Below, piece after piece: positions 14,401-26,400 of a stretch of 64,000 bases of DNA. Under the pieces are notes generated by a model, which saw nothing but the letters and a program-made list of their open reading frames with translations, had not been told where the DNA came from and ran no database searches. The stretch covers positions 248,001 through 312,000 of the forward strand of contig NC_047079.1 in assembly GCF_902459465.1 (NCBI RefSeq), in the 5' to 3' direction. Both the position numbers and the translations under genes were made by a program. The DNA comes from Asterias rubens (lineage: Eukaryota). Every line of letters begins with the position of its first letter. Position 1 is the stretch's first letter.

Positions 14401-17400
14401 GTTAAAATAGTCACAAATAATACAATGTATGATACACCCATTCGCTCTCATCACACTCAGAGAATCAGGCTTACCTAAAGGCAGTGGACACTATTGGTAA
14501 TTGCTCAAAATAATTGTTAGCACATAAACTTCCTTGGTAACAAGCAATGGGCAGCTAAGAGATGTCAAATTTGCATCAGGGATAAATGGAGAGCTGTTGA
14601 TAGTATAAAACATTGTGAGAAACGGGTCCCTCTGAATGTCTGAAATAATATACTTTTTTTTAAAGAATTGTCCATGAATTTGATTTTGAGACCTCAGAAT
14701 AAAACATTGTGAGAAACTGGTCCCTCTGAATGTCTGAAATAACATAGTTTTTTAGAAAGAATTTTCCATGAATTTGATTTTGAGACCTCAGATTAAGATT
14801 TTGAGGTCCCGAAATCAAGCATCTGAAAGCACACATATTCGTGTGACAAGGGTGTTTTTTCCCCATTATTATCTCGTAACTTCCAACGACCAATTGAGTA
14901 CAAATTTTCATAGGTTTGTTATTTTGTGCATATGTTTAGATACACCAAGTGAGAAGGCTGGTCTTTGACAACTACCAAAAGTGTGCAGTTTCTTGAAAGT
15001 GTCTTAATGTAATTGTTGTGTATTGTGTTTATGCAGTCAAGAGATTTGTAACAGTGGTGGAGAGTTCAAGATGTGCCCTCAATGTGATCCCGATATTGGT
15101 TGTCCTTACTGGAATCTCTCAGATACATGTATGCAATCTGAAGTAAGTAATTAACACTATGGTTGACTATTAGTCAAGGTTCTGTTGTCATGTGGTTAGA
15201 GTCTCATTAAAGTAACTGTACGTGAAACCGTTTAGCAGGTGTACGTTTAGTCCTGGGCCCAATTTCATAGAGAAGCTAAGCACGATAATTTGCTTAGTAT
15301 GAAATTTCTTCCTTGATAAAAACAGAATTACCAACCAAATTTCCATTTGTTGAATATTGCTTGTTACTGGTGTTCAACTGTTGTTTGCTTATCCTGAAAA
15401 TTAAGTGAAAAGTTGGTTGGTAATCCTGTTTTTATCAAGGAAGAAATTTCATACAAAGCAATTTATTTTACTTATCGGCTTTGAAATTGGGCCCAGGTGT
15501 GATTCATGCTGGCGAAACTTAGACTAATTGTGAAAAGCATCACAAAGTGCTGTAAAAAGTTATGAAGTCACATCCACTAATATTTGTCATTCTCTACACG
15601 TGCCCCAACAAAAACTCTTTATTAAAATGAATATTTTTTCATAGGTACTGTTTACATCACAGATTGTTATCTCAAATTCCAACTTGGTGGAGTTCCTTTT
15701 TTCATTATTAACTTTGTCTTTGCCTCTTTCCAGATAGCATATCTCTTTGACAATGCTGGCACCCTTTTCTTTGCTGTATTCATGTCATTTTGGGGTGAGT
15801 AATTAAAGACACATTGTGCATGTGTGGTTATTTAAAATTGACAAAGATAATTCATGAGTCAAATAAGAGTAATCAAGAATATTGGTTGAGTTCTTTTTTC
15901 TTAATCAACTTTGTACTATGATGCCAATACACAAAAATATTCTGTTTGAGTCATTAATTATTGATCACAGTGGAGGTGACGAGTCCTGGCCAAGCGGTTA
16001 AGAGCACTAGGCTCTGATGCTTCTGATCAGCAGAATGTTGGATCGAGTCCTGATTGTGGCACTTGTGGTTGAGTTCCTTTTTATTAAGACCAGGTCTTAG
16101 ATTCACAAGCAACATGCTCCTTGTTCCCGTCTTGTCTAGCCAGCTACGGGGACAGGGGTTTTTCCATTACAGCATCCAGGCTCTGGAATTGAGAATTCCC
16201 TCTTTTCCATCTTGACCGGCACCTTTGAATGGTTTTACACCAGATTTAGTGCGCCTTTATAAATGCTGTGTAATTATTATTATTATTGTTATTATTGTGT
16301 CCTTAAGCAAAACTCTTTATTGCTTCATTCTTGGGATAGGATGTAAAGTTGAACCGTGTGTTGTGTTAAGGTGTTACATATTTATTCTCATAATGCAATG
16401 GTTAGTTCCTTATTGAATGTAAATAAGCGTTTACGTAGCTCAGTATTTATTGGCTGCCAAATTCTACCCTAACTATAATGCAATATGTAACAAGCAGTCA
16501 AGGTCAATGGCTGTATGCAACAGAACAAATGTTCTGTCTTAACACAAAATTTGTCATATTTTGGGGCTATGAGAGTCAATAAACATTAGAAAATGCAATT
16601 CCACTACAGAGAATTGTGCATTATTTGTTAACCATAGGCATTTCTCGAGTTGTAAATAATAATAGTCCGTTTTCTAACTATGACAATTGTTTGCTTTTTC
16701 TAGCTGTGTCTTTTTTGGAGTATTGGAAACGCAAACAAGCGAGTCTTGCTCATCATTGGGATGTAATGGACTTTGAAGAAGACGAGGTCGGTACAAATCA
16801 GAGTCTTATTATCATTACTTAGTATTAATAGGTTATATTTGCAATGGGGATACAGAATAGTTATTCATTTTGGTTTTGACCCATATACACCGATGTTAGC
16901 ACTGTATACTCAGTACTGGATTCGAACTGCCTCTAGCTACCGGGCAATCTACGTGTTCTAGATGGTATGACACTGCTCTAGAATTGCAAAGGTCGTGGGT
17001 TCGAATCCAACCCAAGTAATATGCACTTGGTATTAGTTTAGGAAAAATGCGAACAGGTCTGCCAAAAGGCAAATTAAAACATACAAAATTCACAGTACTA
17101 CAATAGAAAACACATTTCAAGTATAAACACAAAACAGAAGTTAAAACAATTTAAAAACGGGGGCAGGTTTCTTTGGGGCTGCTTCACAAAGCAATAAAAT
17201 CATCTCAAGACAAATTGTCAGTATCTCCATAGTGATTTGTATTGTGACATCACACTTTACTTAGCAACTACAGTTGATTTGCAGTTGAGATCAATTCTAG
17301 ATCTTTGTGAAATCTGCCCCTGGACCAACTGGAACAGCATTGTTGTATTCTTAGCCATGTATGCATTGCTAGTTTAGACTCTAGATTGACCATACATGAT

Positions 17401-20400
17401 TGATGTATTGTTTATTAGGAGAGACCACGCCCACAGTTTGCAGCTAAAGCTCCCATGATGGAGAAGAACCCAATTACTGGCATTATGGAACCTTACTTCC
17501 CTGAAGATATCCGTAAGAAAAGATGGCTGACTGGAGTAGGAATTATGTGTGGAATGGTAAGATACTTGTGTCTTTATATTACCTCTTGCAATAGGAGACA
17601 TTCTGGGATGATAGGTGGCAGCAGACTTACCGGGTAAAGCCATTGTTCTCAGAATTATGCGCATGTTCAGAACTACGTAAACAATGGAAATTTATCCGGT
17701 AAGTCTGCTGCCACCTAGCATTTGAAATTCTCTTTTTGCAAAGATTGTTTTCTTCACAGGCTTGATAACCTTAAGGAGCTGTGTAGATTGTACCGCTTGT
17801 GCTACTTGCATATTGATGCTTTTGTAGTTAACTTAATAGTGAAAATCTATACACTGAGGTACATACCTATGCATCACTCACTTTATGCAGAATATGTGCT
17901 GGCAAGATTATCTGCTGCATTCCAAACATTGTGTGTGAATGTGTGAGGAATCAAGAATGAACACTATATTCAAGATATGATATTCTATTCACTACCCACT
18001 CAAGCATGTACACAATGGTCTATGTTCTCAACCTTGGTTAAGTTCTGCAGTGGTACTGATTGATCACCCTAACTTACACTATGTTTTTAGAAAAAATCGT
18101 AAAACAAAAATGAAAAAAAAGAACCAGAAAATTAAGAAATGTATTAATGGGATCCTACTAACAGGAATAAAAAAACTGCGATACGGCAAGCCTGCATTAG
18201 TTGTTATGTTGCGTCTTGTCCAAGGCTCTTTACGCATGCACCGGCCCGCTCTAAATTTACCAGGTAGCGTTGGATGACAAACTGCATAGATACATGTACT
18301 GGCACGGTACTGGTTAATTTTCAACCTCGAACACTACGTATTTGACTTTGTTGTTTGGAAAGATGATATTGATCCTTATTGTCTTTTATGCACAGGTTGT
18401 ATTGGTTCTGATCTTCATGGTTGGTGTCATCATGTACCGTATTCTGATTGATATTCCGTTATCACAGAATGCAATATTGAAGAGTGAATCTCAGTCTATT
18501 GCTAGTATGTCTAGTGCTGTGGTCAATCTAATCCTCATCATGGTCTTAGGGCAGGTCTATCAGACGCTCGCTGGAATCCTCAATGATTGGGGTAAGACAT
18601 TTTCATTTCATTTGTAGTTTAGTGGCCTATCATGGCCTAGCTGTTAAGAGCACACACTCAAGCTCTGGTGTTCAGCAAAGTGTGAGTTCAAGACTTGGGA
18701 TAGTAGTAGTAATAGTAGTAGTAGTTTGTCCTTCGGATGGGACGTTGTCCAGTGTGTTGTCTAATACACATAAAAGAACCAAGAGCACCCAAAGAGAAGG
18801 GGTTAGCCCCGGTGTTCTTGGTCTGATTGTCAGCAAATTGCGCCACAGCACCTTGTAAAATATTACATGGTGCTATAAAAGGATGAGGTCTCATAATTCA
18901 AAACGTAGTCCCACATCTTGCAGGAAATATTGTATGTTACAGTGCTAGGAGCGTCACTGAGTGACGGATATGCTCGCTATATAAGAAGCCACTATCAGGG
19001 TTGTAGCTAGACCAATTTTAGTGGTGGGCAATAAATCAATTTTTTTGGAAGACTACCGATGGCAAGGAGATCAGCAAAATTATTCTTAATTATGGGGCCA
19101 TTATTGCTGAAGTGGGGCCAGGTTCCCAAACTGTTCGTGTTTTGGGGCCATGCAATAATTGAATGGCCTTTTGATTGTGTTCTTTCTCTGCGACATTTGA
19201 TTCTCCTCATCATTAGCTGTGTCTCAGATCAATGCAAAATGGACAATATTTGAAATCTGTGCTGGGCAGCATAATGTGTTTTTCTCAGAGTGCTGGGCAA
19301 AAATTGTGACTCCTGGGCAGGCCCGCCCACGCCCGCCCAGGTGCGCCCAAGACCGCCCACCTTGGCTACAACACTGGCCATTATTATTATACTGGTTGTT
19401 GAAGCCAATCACTCTCAGAGTGAACTCAATCACTATACTAGCCAAAAGCCCAAATGGAGAGGAGACTAGGAATAAAGTTAGTGTTTTAGTACGATGTAAA
19501 CTCTAGAGAAAACACCTGGGTAGAACCCTTCTAGGGCTTGATGAAGTCTTCATCTACATTGTATGTACCTGGGTAGACGCCCCCCCCTAATATGCCTCTA
19601 TTGTGTATTGGATTTCTCCTTCATGCATAACACATTGTACCCTGACTGCTTGTAATAGCATGTTATACTTATTTTATGGCAGAGATGCATCGTACCCAGA
19701 CTGAGTATGAGGACAATCTCACCTTCAAGGTGTTCATCTTCCAGTTCATGAATTTCTTCTCTTCTATCTTCTACATTGCGTTCTTCAAGGGCAAGTAAGT
19801 CTCAAATTGCAATATCATAAATTATTAACTGTAGCACCAGCACCACAAAAGTAGCAGGCATGTAGATACTAGCATCCCAAGTAAACAGCGTCTAAAAGTT
19901 CACAGCATTTGAAAATACCAATATCATTATCAAAAATTTCACTGTGTTGTCATTTATCAATGTGGATGCTTGATGCATTTAACTTGATAATAAAAAAAGC
20001 TGTTTGAACTGCTTTACAACCTTTGATTAATAAGGATGACAAAATGAGTGTTTCTTGATGGCAAAACAGACTACATGTACTTTCACAGCGTACTAGCTCA
20101 CACTAATGTATTATAGCACCACATGTGTGCTACATGTACTAATTGAAACATGAGAGCAGACCAACAGTGCAAATTACATAGATGTTAAATCGCGGTTATT
20201 TTATTTTTGCCCCAAAAAATGTTTAACCATTGACAAGTTTTATCTTGATGTTGACATGACAGTATGAGTAATAATAGCAAGTGGACAATCGAGGTTTAAC
20301 TTTCAGCTGTTTGATAAAAAAATGGTTTCATAGCAACTGGAAGAAAGCTTATTATGGATTGGGTGATTTGAGCTGTAAAAAGCATTTGTTATGAAATTAA

Positions 20401-23400
20401 TTGAAAATAATATGTTTAGAAAGATGTTTTTAAAGTAGACTATTATGATCCATACATGCCTCATAATAGTGTGGTTGTCATTTACTTTGTGAACTAAACG
20501 CAGTGTGCCATTTTGTGAAGTCCAAAATTCTGTTCCACAAAATTGGTGACGGTACACAAAGTAAAAGGAAAACCACATATTTTTAAGGCATATTTTTGTG
20601 GATCATTATATTCTACTTTTAAAGCATTGTTCATTTGTATTACATTAAATATAAGGGAAAGGTGGCCCTTTTAGAGTAGTGTATGAGAAATACTACCAGG
20701 AGATGTGTTATGAAAAGAAAGTATTTGATATTGATTTGAAAGTCCTTTTTTATAACAACACTAAATATTTGTTAAAATTGTAAGGGTTGTTGTCTTTATA
20801 TGGCATGAGATGTACCAGTAAGGTTTGGGCATGTCAGTGTAACAATGCAAATAAGTCTTCATATCTGAAAAGCTACAAATAAATACTAATATATTTGCTG
20901 GTAGTTGTATTTCAGGCAAAATTGATTATACCAGCAACAACAAGCAATAACAACTAGAAATAAAAAGATGGCAATGAGTTTTACATAATGTAGCATCAGT
21001 GATACAGCTAAATGTTATGCATGTACATTGTAAGTTTGAAGCAGAGTCTAGTAGATTAAGGGAAATAACAAAATAGCAACTGTTAGAATGAAGTTTGCCA
21101 TCCAGCTATTGGAAATTCACCAACCGGCTCATTGTACTGGTAAAGCTTAAAGGCAAAACTCAACAATCGTTCTTTTTATGGATTTGCAATAAATGTGGTA
21201 TTTATAACTTTAGATAAATTAACCACCAGTTCTTTTCAGAACAAACGCTACTCAAAAGATATATTTACATGGTGTTCTCAAATCTCTCTTAGTATTCTTG
21301 GGGAGGTTGTCGATGGGATGGGGGAGTTTTCTAGGTGGCTCTGTCATGATTCTCAAGTCAAGTCCTAGAATAAGGATGTCTAGATTTGTTTTGTTTTTCC
21401 ATATCTATATTTGTTCACACTAACATTCTGACCTTGTTCTTAGCAGGTGACCTTTCTCTCTACGGATGACCTTTGCTCTCTTTGGTGCTATTAAGCCTTG
21501 TGTGATTGAACAGCTTTGGTAGTGGCTATGACTAGACATTGTTTGCATCAGCCCATAGCCACACCAAAGTCTGTTGATTCAGACAATGGCCTTATTTCTT
21601 GTCTGTAGATGGTAGCCTGGTACTTTACTCTATTTCTCTATATTTTCTTTATATAGCCTGGTTATTTCAACTTCTTGCACACTGTTAATGGGAAGTGAGT
21701 ACACTGTAGCATGACTATTGACTATAATAGATGCATGCTGATTGTTTTGTTCAACTCAGTTTTATGTAACATTTATTTCATTATGTTGATCTGTCATTAG
21801 GTCTATAGTGTAATTGTATGCATGTCTCAAGGCAAATAGTAATATCATTATAAACGTGTACAATACATGTGTACAGTTACCTGAGTAACACATTAGAAGA
21901 GCGAATGTATCCAAACAGAAATTCAAAAGTCTCAAGTTTAATTAGAATTTATTTCAATTAAACTAAAGTGTTTCCAGTTGTATACATAAGTCCAGTTTCC
22001 ACCGAGATACATACAACTCTAGGTACACATGAAACAATACATTTACATCTTAAATCATCTTTAAGAAACAGTGTACAATATTTGTTTTTATATGGCGCTT
22101 TATACACCATGTCTCAAAGCGCTTCTAACATTATTACCCTGATCAATGGGCCATTTCATTCCTTAACTCATCTCAGCTCCCTGGGGAGTATACAGCCTGT
22201 GCCACCAAATATGTGGCGCACTAAGCTAATCAATCACAAGAACCATCTCTGCCCTCACAGCTACCCATACCCCTGGGTGGAGAGAAGCAATTATAGTAAA
22301 GTGTCTTGCTCAGGGACACAAGTGTCATGACCAGGATTCAAACCCACACAGTGTGGGTTTGAATTCCGGTCATGACACTTGAGTCTTTGTTCCACTCTCA
22401 CAAGTACTTTATCTTCTGGAAAATGAGTAAAGCAGAAAACTGAATTGACTTAAAATATACACGCGGAGCCTCTCTGTAAGATGTGGTTACAATTTGCATA
22501 GTAACTATGTTAGTTATGTCATAGTTCCATTACAAAGCATACATGAATAATGACATAACACAGTCATTTAACACATACTTGCCTTGTCAGAAACAAACCA
22601 TCGTATTTAACGACTCAACATACACACATTCTTTATGTTGAAGGGTGTTATCTCATTATGTACAGTGCAGTATCAATCCGTGACCTTTGACCTGCTTGTA
22701 GCTCCAATGAGTGAAGCCAAGCTGTGAGAGCCATACTTGTATCTCAACATTATACCTTCAAAATTATACTTTTTCAGTCAATTAGTAGAACACTTACTGG
22801 AAGGGTCATACTGTGGTAATGGCCTTAAACAAATGTTATAATTTGTGTCTGAAAGCCTAGGGCCTACTTGTAGAGCATTCTGTGAAATTCTTTTCTCTGA
22901 ATTGCACATGTTGGTATCAAGAATCAACAATGTCAATAATTTGAATCTCTAAAGATTGCCTGCAGGGAACTTTTTGAAATTTTTGAAATTGAAACTTTCA
23001 CAGGTGACTTTTAATGTAGGCATTTTTGCTAAATTTGCCTATAAATTAAGTTGACAAAAAACAACTGATGACCCAACCTTTTAGGGTAAAAGTGTACGTG
23101 GTGATTAAAGCACACATACGTTTGAGCTGTACTAAATCAAGAGTGGTTTCGGGTGACGACACATGCATCAATCTTATTTGAGAAGTGAGAAAGAACCAGT
23201 GGTCTACAACTGAATCACGACTTCTCAAAAGAGATTTATGCACATGGTGTCACAGCAGACCTCACTTGATTATACTTCCATCATGCAAAGTTTCAAATCC
23301 TATTTGTACACAGCAAGTTCTAGTGTTGCTCATAAAGGTAACAATTTGATGAATTAATCAAGATAATAATGAGGTGAGACATTTAGAGTATTGCCAACTA

Positions 23401-26400
23401 CTAACGTTCATTCTACTAATACTTCAACTGTAATATCTCTGTCATACCTGACATTTCCCTTTACATGAGTTGCATGCATATCTGTCATATCTGTGTCTGT
23501 TATCTGTGTCTGTTATCTGTGTCTGTTATCTGTGTCTGTTATCTGTGTCTGTTATCTGTGTCTGTTATCTGTGTATGTTATCTGTGTCTGTTATCTGTGT
23601 CTGTTATCTGTGTCTGTTATCTGTGTCTGTTATCTGTGTCTGTTATCTGTGTATTTGGAGTGAATGATGGAAGCAGCCTGTAGTTGTCTGTTTGTGATTG
23701 TGATATCTGTACCAGTGACTGCTGGTTGCTATAATCCAGTGATGTTATATTCTTTGTACCATTATCATTATATGTGCTAGAGAGGTTTCTTTAGTTGTGT
23801 ATTTTTCATTATAATGAGAAGTCATCCAGCTACATTATGTCTCTGTCATATTGAGGCAATTATGATTTAATAGGCTTTTATGTGTTACAGCATGTTGGCG
23901 CTTTAATTGTTCTATATTTGTTAGGTTTAGGGTCCAACCATTACCTATTGCTACCATGTAAAGCCGTGCAATGTAAACCATACACACTGTGTATCGTTGT
24001 GTCGGTGCAAGGTCAGAAAAGGGAACCTAACATCACAAGTACAATGATCGTTTCGCAGAGTGGAGCACATTTCAACTTGAGCAAATTGTTTTCTGCAAAT
24101 GTTTGGCTTCAACTTCGCCTCACACTTGTGTGAAGTATGCACTGGCCTTTTTTCAATTCTGCAACAAATTGAAATCTTGTGAAAACACTCTGCGTAGCAA
24201 CTTATTATCTAGGTGTCCAGTGGCTTTGTAGTTTTTTTAGGCAAGAATAAACAAGTTTTCATTTGAAAACTCATGTAAATGCTATTGTAGGAGATACAAG
24301 CTTGTTGCAGCGACACAACGGTACATGCTTATGAGCATGTTGCCCTGTCAATGTTATAAAAGACCCTAATGTGACTACATTGGAGTAGGGTGCCCTGGGA
24401 TAGAGGTTACAAGAAGGTTACTCATTGGCCCATTCTGTGCGCTGCACATACATTGATGTGTATTTTCTATTGTTTCGTCATCATTACAGATTTCTACTGT
24501 ACTGATGATTAGTAAATCAAAACCATGCAGAGTAAAAGCCAGGGTGTTTATCATTCTTTATGGCCAAATGGTACATTTTAGTTGACACACACTCGGGTCA
24601 TGTTATTACAATCTTCCTATTTATGAAGCATATTGCCCAATTAATCATAAATCTTGTTTGTGCCATTTTGGGAGTAAGCTTTCCTGCATGTTATTGTACA
24701 GTGCACATTTATTGCAACAAGTGCATTGTTGGACCCACACCATAGCCAAATGTAGCAAGATTTTGTGCTGCAAAGATCACCTTACTCGAGACTCAAGACC
24801 ATGTCTTTGTATGCAGTTTGACTCTCAGTCAAACAGTAGCTGCATGTGAAAGTAAAATGCTTCAGTAAGCGGCAAACAAAGGCCTAAATATACAGGAAAT
24901 TTAAAAAACAGTGACCAGAGTAGTGCATTTTAGCGACCCCAACCAACACCCAACCGACTCAACAAGTTGGTTACTGGTTGGTCTGAACAGCATCGTCATC
25001 GCGCTCAACCGAACACGCAAAAGCGCTCAACCGATGACCAATGTTTCTGGTTGGGGTTGCATAATGGGAAATATTCTGAAATGCATTATTGGAATTATTC
25101 CAAAGAGCATTATTGGAAATATTCCATATTGCATCATTGAAAATGTTTACATCCTGTACCATATTCATAGTTCATAAACAAAAATGATGGTTAATGTGCA
25201 AGTTGGAGTTCACTTTTAGAAAATAGAGCTTAAGTTTCTTGAATGTTTATCTATGCTGTGGTTTTACATTGTAAGTTGACATTTCCAAGAGTTGTACATC
25301 AATGTGATGCTCATGTTTGCATTCCTAATTTGTTTATTATTTGATCAATTCCATGTGATCCAAGATTCTAATACTATATTTTGATACTTACCAGGTACTT
25401 GATTCTTATTACTTTGTAGATTCGTTGGTTACCCAGGTAACTATACTATGATATTTGGGTTGCGTAATGAGGAATGCAGCAATGGAGGTTGCCTGGTGGA
25501 GTTAGCTCAGCAGCTTTTGGTCATCATGGTTGGTAAACAAATCATCAATAACTGCCAAGAAGTAGCTATCCCGTAAGTCAAGTCTGTCTTCAATGCAGTG
25601 TTATTGTCAATAGGTTCTTGGTAGTTTTTATGTATAGTTGGAGTTCCAAGTAGGTATTCTGTAATTCCAGCCAGGGTTTCAAGAAGATCTTGTAAGACTA
25701 GTACTGTGTTTCATGTTTCTTAGCCCAAGGTATTATGACTTCAAATTGTTTACCTTCCATTAAAATACATTGTAAATAACACTTTTTGACCTAAATGGTG
25801 TTTGAAGCTTTGCCTGAAGACGGGCAGCCATTAAAATACAAACTGGCTCAGAGCCATTACTCCCACAATATAGATTTTACACATGGTTGTACCCCCCCAG
25901 TCTACTATTCATATTATATTCATAGTTACTCTTACTTTTAGACCTGATGAGATGTTCCTATGCCTTGTAATGACATCTTCCTTTAGAAGTCCTGCATACA
26001 GTTGGTTACATTATTGTGAAGGTTGCATTTATCATTCAAATGCTTTAAAGGGTGTAACATTGTAATAATTGGTTTCAATATTCTCTGTGCATAGAAAACT
26101 GTAACATTGTAATAATTGGTTTCAATATTCTCTGTGCATAGAAAACTGTAACATTGTAATAATTGGTTTCAATATTCTCTGTGCATAGAAAACTGTAACA
26201 TTGTAATAATTGGTTTCAATATTCTCTGTGCATAGAAAACTGAAGCAGTTTATTCTCCGCTGGAAGATGCGTGGCTCCCTTGGTAACCGAGAAAGTAAAC
26301 GATGGGAAGCGGACTACCAGCTGGTGCCCAATGATGGGCTGTTTGAAGAATACTTGGAGATGGGTAAATTCAGTTAACATCAAGTACATTGTACATGTTC

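Noticed and set aside
23465-23683. Cys-rich repetitive ORFs ([13 protein letters not shown])
   Set aside because: Translation of a 13-bp minisatellite.
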